DNA of 33,146 nt from a bacterium (lineage in GTDB: Bacteria > SZUA-182 > DTGQ01), in NCBI GenBank assembly GCA_040752695.1, contig JBFMGO010000068.1:1-33146 (forward strand). Direction: 5' to 3'. Below are positions 1 to 9,745 of this stretch, in pieces. The notes beneath the pieces are model-generated. The model did no database searches. It was not told the origin of the DNA and saw only the letters and a program-made list of their open reading frames with translations. The position numbers were made by a program, and so were the translations under genes. Numbering within the stretch: position 1 is the first letter of the stretch; every line of letters starts with the position of its first letter.

Positions 1-1221
1 GATGACCCTTTGGGTGATCGTGTGCAGTTTCTGGCGAAAACCGCCCTTTTCCCTCAGAGTGTTTTCCACCTTTTCCATAGCCTGGATCATCGTGAATGGT
101 TTCACGGCCTTCTGATTCCCGCTGGATCGCTTCATCTCCTGCACTGCCCGCATCAATTGAAGGACATCTTCCAGTATTTCGCTATCCGATCCAAAATATT
201 TGCGTGCAAAATCCACAATTGCGAGCAGGCGGTCTTTTTCTTCCTCCTTGCCCAGCATGCAGATCAGATAGTACATCTGGTTGAGGTCTTTCTCCTCCAC
301 CGTGCATCTACAGTCGAGCATGGCCGAAGTACGCAAGAGGTTCTGGATCTTGACACTGGTGCGGTCACTGATCATGAAATCGGATTTTTCAACATCCGTA
401 GCCCGGACCTCTTCGATGTACCTTCGTACAATATAATTCTTCAAAAAAAGAATGTATTCCGGGATAACTATGCTCTGGCTGTTGATGACTCCCCTGATCG
501 CGAAAAATTCATCCAGATCGATTTTTACCTCGGGGTCCACCACTCTGCCGTGATTTTCCTGGTACACAAGATCAATAGCCGTTTGGAGATAGAGATCTTT
601 ATTTTCCGGAATATAGCTTTTGTAGAGGAACCGGTCCAAAACCGCCTCCAGCACGTCCGTGATTCGCAGGTAATTGGCTGCTGCAATAACCGTGTTGAGA
701 GGCGAGGAGATTTGCTGCTCGCCATTGATGAGCCTCTTCTCATTCAAAAGCGAGAGCAAAGAGCGCAGAAGCATGTCATTGGCATCGAAAATTTCATCCA
801 AAAAGGCAAAATCGGACAGGACGATCGAGTTTTCTATATTGTGAACCAGCCGCCCTCGCTTGAGCTGAACAATGTCATAGGCGCCAAACAAATTGTCCGG
901 CATGGTGTCCTTGGTCAGTTGCTTCTCGAAAACTACGGCCCGATCAAAGCAGGAGAAAACCTGCCTCGCCAGCAGACTCTTGGCCATACCGGTCCGGCTG
1001 AAGAGCAACTGATGCTCGCCGGTGAGAAGTGCATAGAACGATTGACGGATGATTTCTTCCCGACCGATAATTTGACAGCCGATAAACTTCATCAGGCTGT
1101 TTATCTTTTTGGCGGTCTTAAAGATGTTAGCAGTATCAAAGATGCCCCTTTGAAGATCCTTCTCCTCTGGTGTATAATTTAAGGGAAAATTGCAGCCTGC
1201 TGCCTCACCTTCGCTTATCAT
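1..1221 (-). CDS. RavA-like MoxR-family AAA+ ATPase, 3'-partial (runs off the window start)
   Basis: Manual translation of the minus strand from ATG at 1221 (GAAAGGT upstream) is open to position 1: MISEGEAAG...IIGREEIIRQSFYALLTGEHQLLFSRTGMAKSLLARQ (Walker A variant)...DNLFGAYD...FAFLDEIF (Walker B)...LLSLLNEK...IAAAN...EAVLDRFL...ISDRT. This motif order matches RavA-type MoxR ATPases. It is absent from the ORF track, probably because no stop lies in the window. Confidence 0.88.
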   Translation of the reverse strand, partial: MISEGEAAGCNFPLNYTPEEKDLQRGIFDTANIFKTAKKINSLMKFIGCQIIGREEIIRQSFYALLTGEHQLLFSRTGMAKSLLARQVFSCFDRAVVFEKQLTKDTMPDNLFGAYDIVQLKRGRLVHNIENSIVLSDFAFLDEIFDANDMLLRSLLSLLNEKRLINGEQQISSPLNTVIAAANYLRITDVLEAVLDRFLYKSYIPENKDLYLQTAIDLVYQENHGRVVDPEVKIDLDEFFAIRGVINSQSIVIPEYILFLKNYIVRRYIEEVRATDVEKSDFMISDRTSVKIQNLLRTSAMLDCRCTVEEKDLNQMYYLICMLGKEEEKDRLLAIVDFARKYFGSDSEILEDVLQLMRAVQEMKRSSGNQKAVKPFTMIQAMEKVENTLREKGGFRQKLHTITQRVI

Positions 1222-1784
1222 TTTTTACCTTTCAAATTTGATTAGACCTCAGGAAGACCGAGGTAACCCCACTCCCCTGGGGATTTTTCATCTGTTTCTC
1301 TAAATGTTTTTTTCGATGCCTTGGAAAAACTGGGGTTACCTGAAAATCGGCCCTTTTGTGCTCAGATCAGGTAGATATTGCTTTTGCGCAATTTGTTACG
1401 CGGGTGCCGAGCGGTGACCGCCTTCCTTGCCTCCTTCAGTTTGCCTTGCCGGACCTGACCATAAAAAAGCCAGTTCACGATTCTCACTGATTTTGGTATT
1501 CAGTTTGGCGGCCACTTCTCAGCATGTGCTGGGAAGAGCAATGTTTTCTCCTTAAAAACAGGCACTTTTTCTCATTCGTATGGGCAAAGTTAAAAACACG
1601 GGCTCTTAAAAACCATATCGCCTGAGAACAAATGACCACATCCGCATACTGATAAAAACACATAAAACGATAGCCATTTCCCTGACCTCCCTTGACACTC
1701 CCCTCCGGGTATAGGTTAACACATTCATTAAGGAGCACAAACACAGAGTGTTTCTTTCGGCAAGACTTCTGATTCTTTATTATC

Positions 1785-1800
1785 AGCAAGCGGTATGCCA
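1785..1800 (-). promoter_or_regulatory. sigma54 (-24/-12) promoter facing the AAA+ ATPase
   Basis: Minus strand reads TGGCATACCGCTTGCT: GG-N10-GC with near-consensus TGGCA and TTGC blocks. Confidence 0.7.
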
Positions 1801-1958
1801 CAGGAACATAAAATTTGAAATACATTGTAAAGCAGAAGGTTATCGCCTAAGGTAATCGAAGGGACAGGAGGAATCCAAAGAGAGAAACAGCACTTGTTGT
1901 TAGCATAAGTTGCTAATAAGACACAGGGAGCGAAAAAGTCTCGTGGCCTGAAGAACCA

Positions 1959-1981
1959 GGGGGGCAGGAGGAGTGCCCCCT
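1959..1981 (-). terminator. GC-rich hairpin downstream of the response regulator, possible terminator
   Basis: GGGGGCA/TGCCCCC stem with 7-nt loop about 50 bp past the stop at 2031; weak U-tail. Confidence 0.4.
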
Positions 1982-2030
1982 CTCATTTACAGCTTCTGTG
2001 GATGTTTTTGAGCTTCGCCCTTTTGGATGC

Positions 2031-3437
2031 TCAGGATATCCCCAGCTTGATGAGCTTGTACCTGAGTGACGAATAGGGCATCCCAAGGGCTTTGGCTGCC
2101 AGGCGGCGATTCCATTTGGCCTCGACGAGGGCATTTAAAATTTTTTTTCGCTCTTCCTTTTCTTCATCCGGATGAGGGGGTGATAAGGGAGACTCATGAG
2201 CAGGTTTATGAACAGACTCATGAGAGAACTCAAGGTCAGCGATTTTCGGCAGATTGAGGTGCCGTGGACCGATCAGACCGGACCGGCAAAGGATAGCCGC
2301 CCGCTCGACCATGTTGCGCAGTTCCCTGGCATTACCGGGAAAAGGATAATCAAGGAGCATGTCCTTAGCTTCCTGCGAGAAACCATCGATGCGAAGGCCG
2401 CGGCCGACAAGATAGGTTGAAAGGAAATGCTCGGCCAGAGGGATAATATCCGAGCGTCTCTGCCGAAGAGGCAAGAGCTTGATGGTGAACACATTCAGCC
2501 TGTAGAAAAGATCCTTGCGAAACCTCTGGGAGGCCACAAGTTCTTCCAGGGGCACATTGGTGGCGGCAATCACCCGGATATTGACGTCGATTTCCTTTGC
2601 TCCTCCCACCCGCCTCAGTTTTCGGGTTTCCAGCACCCGGAGGAGTTTTGCCTGGGCCGAAGGGGAGAGGTCTGCAATTTCGTCCAGAAAGAGCGTGCCG
2701 CCGTCCGCAAGCTCGAAGTAGCCGGCCTTGTCCACGGTAGCGCCGGTGAATGCTCCCTTGACATGGCCAAAGAGTTCACTCTCGACCAGAGAGTCAGGCA
2801 GGGCAGGGCAGTTTACCGCAATAAACGGTCGTTCATCCTCTCCACCCATAAAGTGGATCTGCCTGGCTGCGATCTCTTTCCCTGTGCCTGTCTCTCCCGA
2901 AATCAGGATGGTTTCACACTCCGCTTCCACCGCCAGTTGGATCTGCCTGCGTGCCTCGTCTATGGCCTGACTGATTCCCACCAGTTGGCGGTTCCTTAAG
3001 CGAATGTCTTCCGAGGTCTGTATCCCTCTGATAGTTTCCCTCAAACGGCGCTGGCCCTGTCGAAGGCTGCGTATGCGCATCGATTTTTCAAGGACCGCAT
3101 CCAATTCGAGCAATTTGACCGGTTTGGGCAGAAAATCCGCGGCACCCAGTCTCAGTGCCTGGATAACCATTTCCATATTGCCATGGCCCGTAATGATAAC
3201 CGCAGATAATTCAGGCCGGATCTCTCCCATGGCCGACAGTACCGACAGACCATCCATCCCCGGCATTCTTATGTCGATAATGGCAAGATCATAATCACTG
3301 GATTCGATTAACTTTAAAGCCGTGTTCCCGTCCCATGCATCCTCCACATGATGCCCGCAATTTTGAAGATACGGGCACAGAGTCTGATGAACAATTTCCT
3401 CATCATCAACCAGAAGAATACGCAAAGATGGTTCCAT
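2031..3437 (-). CDS. sigma54-dependent NtrC-family response regulator (REC-AAA+-HTH)
   Basis: LLVDDE...IIDIRMPGMDG receiver; GETGTGKE Walker A; ESELFGHVKGAFTGA; FLDEI; RKDLFYRLNV; FPGNAREL; C-terminal Fis-type HTH. Confidence 0.97.
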   Translation of the reverse strand: MEPSLRILLVDDEEIVHQTLCPYLQNCGHHVEDAWDGNTALKLIESSDYDLAIIDIRMPGMDGLSVLSAMGEIRPELSAVIITGHGNMEMVIQALRLGAADFLPKPVKLLELDAVLEKSMRIRSLRQGQRRLRETIRGIQTSEDIRLRNRQLVGISQAIDEARRQIQLAVEAECETILISGETGTGKEIAARQIHFMGGEDERPFIAVNCPALPDSLVESELFGHVKGAFTGATVDKAGYFELADGGTLFLDEIADLSPSAQAKLLRVLETRKLRRVGGAKEIDVNIRVIAATNVPLEELVASQRFRKDLFYRLNVFTIKLLPLRQRRSDIIPLAEHFLSTYLVGRGLRIDGFSQEAKDMLLDYPFPGNARELRNMVERAAILCRSGLIGPRHLNLPKIADLEFSHESVHKPAHESPLSPPHPDEEKEERKKILNALVEAKWNRRLAAKALGMPYSSLRYKLIKLGIS

Positions 3438-3471
3438 GCAGTTCCTCCATTCCCCTTTCTCTTCCTTCGTT

Positions 3472-5715
3472 TTATTTCATGGCAGGCAGGGCTATCGTTA
3501 CGGTTGTCCCCACTCCGGCTGCTGATTGGATCGTAATCGCACCCTGAAAACTCTCTACAATCGATTTCGAGATGGCCAGTCCAAGGCCGGTTCCTTTGTC
3601 AGGGGCCTTGGTTGTGAAGAAAGTATCGAATACTTTCGGCATCAGGTCTTCGGGAATGCCCACTCCCTGGTCGATAATCTCTATCTTCACCATCTTTTGG
3701 CCCGGCTCTTCGGCTTTTTCCGGTATTCGGGTTTCTAAAGAGGTGCGGATGACGATCTCGATGGAGTCTCCGGAGCGGTTCTTTTTCATCTTTTCCTCAA
3801 GTGCATCGCGGGCATTATTGATTAAATTCAAAATGACCTCTTCCAAAGAAAAAGGATTCGCCAAAACCGGCGGCAATCCTTCGGCCAGGTCACAATTTAC
3901 GTTAACCCCCCGGAAGCGCAGTTGTGCACCGATAAGCCCCATGCAGGATTTAATGGCTTCATGGCAATCCACGGGAAGGAGCTCCGAATGGTCTGCCCCT
4001 CGTGCGAACATGCGCGCATGCTCTATGACATGAGACATTCTGTCGGTTTGGTCGATAATAAGCTGGATTTTTTCCCTGATCTTCTCTTCCGAAAGATTCC
4101 ACCCCCTCTGAAAAGCAATGAGAATGTGCTCGGATAGTCCACGAATACCTAAAAGGGGCTGGTTCAGCTCATGGGCCATCCCTGTGGCCATCTCTCCCAG
4201 GGATCGCAGACGGTCTGACAGAATGGCCCTGGCCCTTTGCTCTTTCAGTTGGCGCTCGGCATCTTCTCTGGCCTTCTCCATCTGGATGCGGTCGGTAATA
4301 TCAATCCCCAATTCGAGTACCATCGGCGAATTATCTATATCGGTAAACAGGTTGTCGTACATTTCGTATATCCTGCCTTCGAGCGGGGCAGTGAGCTCCC
4401 ACTTCTGGATTTCTTTTTTTTCCAGAACGCGGCTGATCCGGCACTTTTTGCACGGCTCTTTCAATCCGCGAAGAATCTCGTAGCAGGGCCTCCCTTCTGG
4501 ACCGCCAAACAATTCCCGGAAGGTGCGGTTGGCAAAGGGGATGGAATAATCAGGGGACTGTAAGTAAACGATGGCCGGGAGCACGTCCAGCACGGAAAAG
4601 AGCCTCTGCCTTTCCGCCCTGGCCACCTGTGCCTGACGCAGCAGCTCCTCGGTGCGCTTTCGCTCGGTGATATCCTTGAAATCCTCGACAATGCCGACTA
4701 ATTCACCACCGGACATGCGAAAGGGAGTGGCGGTCATAATGCAGATAATTTTTTCGCCATTCTTGCGCTCCTTCTCTACGTCATATTCGATGTACTCTTC
4801 ACCGGCAAGAACCCGGTTCAATGGGCAATTTGCCGTATGACAATGAGGGCCGGGGAATACTTCGTAACATTTCTGGCTGATAATCTGCCTCTTATCGACA
4901 CCTACCATCGTAGCGAAGGTGTCGTTGACTTTCAGCACATTGAAATTGCTGTCAATAACCCGCATTCCGTCAGCCGCTGCATTGAATATCTGATCGAGCT
5001 CTCTATGGGCAAGTTTAATCGCCTCTTCTGCCTTTTTACGCTCGGTTACATCACGAAAAACAAGCACAACGCCGATAATATCACCTTTTTCATCCTTAAT
5101 GGGAGCAGCGCTGTCATCGATAGATAATTTCGTCCCACTCTTAGCCAAAAGGGCAGTGTTATCATCCAGGGTGACAGCATCGCGCGTCTTTATTACCCTG
5201 ACTACAGGATCATTTTTAGGCTTACCTGTTTTCTCGTCAATAATAATAAAAACTTCGGATAACGGCTTTCCTACCGACTCGTTTTCCTCATGGCCGGTTA
5301 AAAACTGGGCTGTGGGATTCAAAAAGGTGATATACCCACTGGTATTGGTGGCGATTACTGCGTCCCCTATGCTCTTTAAGGTTGTGAAAAGCCACTCCCT
5401 GCTTTCTTTGGCAGCCTCTTCCGATTGTTTTATGGAGAGAAAGAGAGGGGCAATGGATGCTGCACCGCTTACCATGCATATTGACAGCACAAGACCAAGT
5501 ATTTCATTGGGTAAATCGGGCAAACAGGACAGATCCCCGGAGATGAGCCGCACCAGAGGGATGGACCTCCGCACAGCCATGAGAAGAATAGCGACCGTAA
5601 TCAGTATCCATGCCCTGCGCTTTCCGGTGACTTTTATCAGCCTGAAAGCCAGGAATGCAGCGATCGATTGAAGCAGCAATGAGACACTGAGAACCAAAAC
5701 CCCCAGCGCAACCAT
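3472..5715 (-). CDS. Membrane-anchored multi-PAS sensor histidine kinase (NtrB-like), probable partner of 2031-3437
   Basis: About 3 N-terminal TM helices, three PAS domains, H-box GMAHELNQP, N-box NLINNARDA, DQGVG, FFTTK, GTGLGL; 34 bp upstream of the regulator on the same strand. Confidence 0.96.
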   Translation of the reverse strand: MVALGVLVLSVSLLLQSIAAFLAFRLIKVTGKRRAWILITVAILLMAVRRSIPLVRLISGDLSCLPDLPNEILGLVLSICMVSGAASIAPLFLSIKQSEEAAKESREWLFTTLKSIGDAVIATNTSGYITFLNPTAQFLTGHEENESVGKPLSEVFIIIDEKTGKPKNDPVVRVIKTRDAVTLDDNTALLAKSGTKLSIDDSAAPIKDEKGDIIGVVLVFRDVTERKKAEEAIKLAHRELDQIFNAAADGMRVIDSNFNVLKVNDTFATMVGVDKRQIISQKCYEVFPGPHCHTANCPLNRVLAGEEYIEYDVEKERKNGEKIICIMTATPFRMSGGELVGIVEDFKDITERKRTEELLRQAQVARAERQRLFSVLDVLPAIVYLQSPDYSIPFANRTFRELFGGPEGRPCYEILRGLKEPCKKCRISRVLEKKEIQKWELTAPLEGRIYEMYDNLFTDIDNSPMVLELGIDITDRIQMEKAREDAERQLKEQRARAILSDRLRSLGEMATGMAHELNQPLLGIRGLSEHILIAFQRGWNLSEEKIREKIQLIIDQTDRMSHVIEHARMFARGADHSELLPVDCHEAIKSCMGLIGAQLRFRGVNVNCDLAEGLPPVLANPFSLEEVILNLINNARDALEEKMKKNRSGDSIEIVIRTSLETRIPEKAEEPGQKMVKIEIIDQGVGIPEDLMPKVFDTFFTTKAPDKGTGLGLAISKSIVESFQGAITIQSAAGVGTTVTIALPAMK

Positions 5716-6170
5716 ATCCGGTTTGTCCTTTCGACAGTAATGGCAGTGGCAAGCTGAACAGGTGGACTGCCTTATATCGTTGCCGGGGAGCTTTTACGGT
5801 CAGGAAATCTTCGGACAGAAAATCCTCTCTCAGATTATAGCATACTAAAAAAGGTGAGATCAAAGGCAAAAGAAGGCAGGTTTAAAAAAGGGTGAATGGG
5901 AAAAGCCTTTCATCCCCTTTTAGTTCTTTAATGAGAGTGAACAGAAAAGGGCACGGGAGACGCATGGATTATCCGGAAGGCTTTCGCTCCTCTTTTTGGA
6001 TTATTCGATATGTTTCTTCGTAGATGGTTTTTCCGGGGACCTATGGCAATTATCTCCAGATAATTACTGGAACTCATCCGGGAAATCAAGTTTGCACGAA
6101 TACCCTCTTTTTCCATTTTCCCTCTTTTTCTTTTACCTTTTACAGTGTATAATTGGCCTGCATAAGGCAA

Positions 6171-6186
6171 AACTAATCAATTAGTT
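6171..6186. promoter_or_regulatory. Perfect palindrome AACTAAT-CA-ATTAGTT, candidate operator downstream of a TATAAT (6148-6153)
   Basis: 7+2+7 inverted repeat in the divergent intergenic region, 60 bp before the 6246 start. Confidence 0.4.
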
Positions 6187-6245
6187 ATCCATATCTTTAG
6201 CGATATCTATCCAAAATCTTGAACTTATCATGCAAATAAAACCAT

Positions 6246-9200
6246 ATGAAGCAGATGATAAAAAAGCTGAGTGGCGAGGAATACAGGGGAAAGCAATTCA
6301 CTCTTTCCCATAAATGGCTGACAATCCTTGCGATCGTGCTGGTTTTATCCGGCTTGTACCTGACAGCCAGTTTGTGCAGGGGGTTTAATGCCCACATGCT
6401 GGTTGAGTTGCTCGGTGTAATTGTAGCCAGCAGTATTTTCATGTTTGCCTGGAACTCACGCCGTTTTCAGGATAATAATTACTTCCTCTTCATCGGCATT
6501 GCCTACCTGTTTATCGGCGTTCTGGACCTGGCTCATACCATGGCGTATCAGGGCACGATTTTATCCTGGGGCTCGGTAATCAATCTGACAGTTCAGCTCC
6601 GGATTGCTGCCCGGTATGTTGAAAGCGTCTCTTTTTTGATTGCTCCCCTGTTCATTGGCAGAAAGTTGAGAGCCAGGTATGTATTTCTTAGCTATATCAC
6701 CGCTACTTCCCTTTTACTGGGCTCTATCTTATCGGGATCTTCGCCTATTTTTCCTGATTGCTTTATTGAAGGTACTGGCCTGACCCTGTTTAACACCATC
6801 AGTGAGCTTTGTATTTGTCTGGTTCTCCTGGCATCTATCGCTCTTTTGGCCCAAAAGGGAGGGAAGTTCGATCCAGGGGTGCTGCGGCTCCTGATAGCTT
6901 CCGTTATCCTGACCATAGGTTCCGAGATGACCTTTACCATTTATGCCTACACAAGCTTCTCTTCCAATTTTATCGGGCACTCTCTGGGAGCAGTTTCGTA
7001 TTATCTGATCTACAAAGCCATTATCGAGACAGGCCTTATGGAGCCATACCGTCTTCTGTTCAGGAACTTGAAGGCCAGCGAAGAATCAATCAAGGCTGCC
7101 TACGCAGAGCTTGACCAGATATTCAATACCGCCGCCGATGCCATGAGATTGGTCGATAAAGATTTTAATATCCTGAAAGCCAACAGGACATTTCTCACTC
7201 TCGCAGGGCTGAGTCAGAATCAAGTGATGGGTAAAAAGTGCTATCAGACTTTTCCAGGCTCAGCCTGTCACACTCCTCAGTGCCCTCTGGTCAGAATTCA
7301 AGGTGGTGAGGAGTACATCGAATTTGATGTTGAGAAAATGCGAAGTGACGGGCAAACGATTTCTTGCATCCTGACCGCAACCCCCTTTCGCAGGTCCGGT
7401 GGTGAATTGATCGGCATTGTCGAGGATTTTAAAGATATAACCGAACGCAAGCGCGCCGAGGCAGCGCTCCGGGAAAGTGAGGAGAGGTTCCGCCTGGTAA
7501 TGGAAACTGTCCAGGATGTTTTCTGGATAGCTGCACCTGGAGCTACTGAAATGCTTTATATCAGTCCTGCTTATGAAAAGGTCTGGGGCCTCAGCAGGGA
7601 GAGCCTGTACAGATCACCGTTTTCTTTTACCGATTCTATCCATCCTGATGATCGTGAGCAGGTACTCTCCGAGATTAAGAACTGCCCGACCGGTCCATGG
7701 TCCGTAGAATACCGCATCGTGCGGCCTGACAGATCTGTCCGGTGGATCCATGATCGCGGATTTCCGATTCAGGATAAAAACGGAAATTTTTCCAAGGTAA
7801 TCGGTACGGCCATGGATATCACCGAACGGAAAACAGCGGCTGAAGAATTGAGAAAATACCGCTCGCATCTTGAGGAACTGGTGAAAGAACGCACGTATGA
7901 ACTTTCAAGAGCTGTAGAGCTCTTGAAGGAATCGGAACTGAAGTATTCTACCCTGATCGAAAAGGCAATGGATGGCGTGATCGTTGTCCAGGATGGAGTT
8001 TATAAATTCGTCAATGAATATATGGCCACCATGAGCGGATATACCATCGATGAGTTGATAAATAAACCAGTAACAGATTTGGCCCCGCCCGAATACAGGG
8101 ACCAGATCGCCCAAAGAATCAGCTTACGCCTGACAGGTGAAAAAATGCCATCTCATTATGAATCTAAAATACAGGATAAGAATGGAACAGTAAAGGATGT
8201 GGACATCTCGGTCGGGCTTATTCAATACCAGGGAAAGCCCGCTATCATAGGAATTATGCGCGATGTCACCGAGCGAAAACACATGGAAGTGGAACTCCAA
8301 CGAGTTCAAAAACTTGAATCTCTCGGTATTCTGGCCGGGGGGATCGCCCATGATTTCAATAACCTTCTGACTGCTATTGTCGGGAACCTGTCCCTTATGG
8401 ACAAGTATATACAACCTGCAAGCAGGGCATCAGAAACCCTCGATGCAGTAAAAAAAGCATCACAAAAAGCAAAACATCTGACCCATCAGCTTCTTACCTT
8501 TTCCAAGGGTGGCGCGCCGATCAAAAAAACCGCCTCTGTCTCAGAGCTGATAAAAGATACGGCTGGATTTTCCTTAAGTGGTTCCAGGACAAGATGCGAC
8601 ATCTCACTACCGGATGATTTGTGGTGGGCTGAAATCGATGAGGGGCAGATAGGCCAGGTCATCAATAATCTATTGATCAATGCTGACCAGGCTATGCCAG
8701 AGGGTGGAATAATCACCATACGTGCCGAAAATGTAATGGTGAGGGCATCTGATGGCCTGCCGCTGAAAGAAGGAAGATATATCAGGATAGCTGTAAGGGA
8801 TCAGGGAACCGGGATACCGTGCGAGTACCTTCACAAGATATTTGATCCTTTTTTTACCACCAAACCGAAAGGAAACGGCCTGGGTCTGGCTATTACCTAC
8901 TCGATCGTCAAAAAGCATGGAGGACACATTACCGTAGAATCCAAGGCAGGGACCGGAACGGTTTTCTCCATCTACCTTCCCGCTTCAGAGAAAGAGCTTT
9001 TTATCGTACGGGGTGTTGTGGAACAGGAGTCCATCATCACCGGCCAGGGAAGGGTCCTGGTCATGGATGACCAGCCAAGCATCAGGGAAACGACCGGACA
9101 GATATTATCCGACCTGGGCTATGAGGTCGAACTGGCCGCAGAGGGCAATGAAGTAATCGAGCTCTATGTGCAGGCCAAAAAGTCTGGACATCCCTTTGAT

Positions 9201-9452
9201 GCCCTTATCCTGGATTTGACTATACCTGGCGGTATGGGGGGAGATGAGGCTATCCGGAAACTCCGTGAAATCGACCCTCAGGTTAAGGCTATTGTTTCAA
9301 GCGGCTATTCCAACGACCCCATTATGTCCGAATTCAGGGAATACGGTTTTCGTGAGGTAGTCGCCAAGCCGTATGAAATAAATGAGCTTAGTAAAGTGCT
9401 GTCTAAAGTGCTTATGGAAGAAAAAACTCCTCCTCATCCAGACAGAAGGTAA
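6246..9452 (+). CDS. MASE3-domain multi-PAS hybrid sensor histidine kinase/receiver
   Basis: Multi-TM N-terminus with HMLVE...WNSRRF...DLAHTMAY (MASE3-like), three PAS domains, AGGIAHDFNNLL H-box, NADQAM, GNGLGL, C-terminal receiver VMDD...ILDLTIPG...SSGYS...KPY. Confidence 0.96.
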   Translation: MKQMIKKLSGEEYRGKQFTLSHKWLTILAIVLVLSGLYLTASLCRGFNAHMLVELLGVIVASSIFMFAWNSRRFQDNNYFLFIGIAYLFIGVLDLAHTMAYQGTILSWGSVINLTVQLRIAARYVESVSFLIAPLFIGRKLRARYVFLSYITATSLLLGSILSGSSPIFPDCFIEGTGLTLFNTISELCICLVLLASIALLAQKGGKFDPGVLRLLIASVILTIGSEMTFTIYAYTSFSSNFIGHSLGAVSYYLIYKAIIETGLMEPYRLLFRNLKASEESIKAAYAELDQIFNTAADAMRLVDKDFNILKANRTFLTLAGLSQNQVMGKKCYQTFPGSACHTPQCPLVRIQGGEEYIEFDVEKMRSDGQTISCILTATPFRRSGGELIGIVEDFKDITERKRAEAALRESEERFRLVMETVQDVFWIAAPGATEMLYISPAYEKVWGLSRESLYRSPFSFTDSIHPDDREQVLSEIKNCPTGPWSVEYRIVRPDRSVRWIHDRGFPIQDKNGNFSKVIGTAMDITERKTAAEELRKYRSHLEELVKERTYELSRAVELLKESELKYSTLIEKAMDGVIVVQDGVYKFVNEYMATMSGYTIDELINKPVTDLAPPEYRDQIAQRISLRLTGEKMPSHYESKIQDKNGTVKDVDISVGLIQYQGKPAIIGIMRDVTERKHMEVELQRVQKLESLGILAGGIAHDFNNLLTAIVGNLSLMDKYIQPASRASETLDAVKKASQKAKHLTHQLLTFSKGGAPIKKTASVSELIKDTAGFSLSGSRTRCDISLPDDLWWAEIDEGQIGQVINNLLINADQAMPEGGIITIRAENVMVRASDGLPLKEGRYIRIAVRDQGTGIPCEYLHKIFDPFFTTKPKGNGLGLAITYSIVKKHGGHITVESKAGTGTVFSIYLPASEKELFIVRGVVEQESIITGQGRVLVMDDQPSIRETTGQILSDLGYEVELAAEGNEVIELYVQAKKSGHPFDALILDLTIPGGMGGDEAIRKLREIDPQVKAIVSSGYSNDPIMSEFREYGFREVVAKPYEINELSKVLSKVLMEEKTPPHPDRR

Positions 9453-9670
9453 ACAACGTTTACTTTCGGCAACACCGTTACCACTGGATATTTGCCTCAA
9501 GACCACCCTTGTGTCAACATCGTTTCCTTCGCCGGGAAACCAACGGGTTATCAAAAAACTCCTCAAGTACGGTAACCTCCTGCCCAAGGTTTTGTAATTG
9601 CCTGGAATAGCCTGCACTGGATTGTGATTGTGAGTACAGGGAAAAGGATCGTTGATCGTGAATTTTTCTT

Positions 9671-9686
9671 TGGCATGAAACCTGCA
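9671..9686 (+). promoter_or_regulatory. sigma54 (-24/-12) promoter for the C25 protease gene
   Basis: TGGCATGAAACCTGCA: GG-N10-GC, 60 bp upstream of the start and its AAGGAG RBS. Confidence 0.7.
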
Positions 9687-9745
9687 ATATATACTGAATA
9701 GAAGAGGAAATACATGATAGTGAAGGTTAAGGTAAGGAGAAAGAC

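Noticed and set aside
10..1182. 390-aa plus-strand ORF
   Set aside because: Codon-aligned antisense shadow of the minus-strand AAA+ ATPase; no recognisable motifs.
1440..1461. Minus-strand GGTCAGGTCCGG resembling the SRP RNA core
   Set aside because: The following AAGGAAGCAGCC element is not matched (CAAGGCAAACTG) and no symmetric SRP hairpin is evident.
1484..1825. 113-aa minus ORF
   Set aside because: Runs across the sigma54 promoter, has no RBS and a non-protein-like composition.
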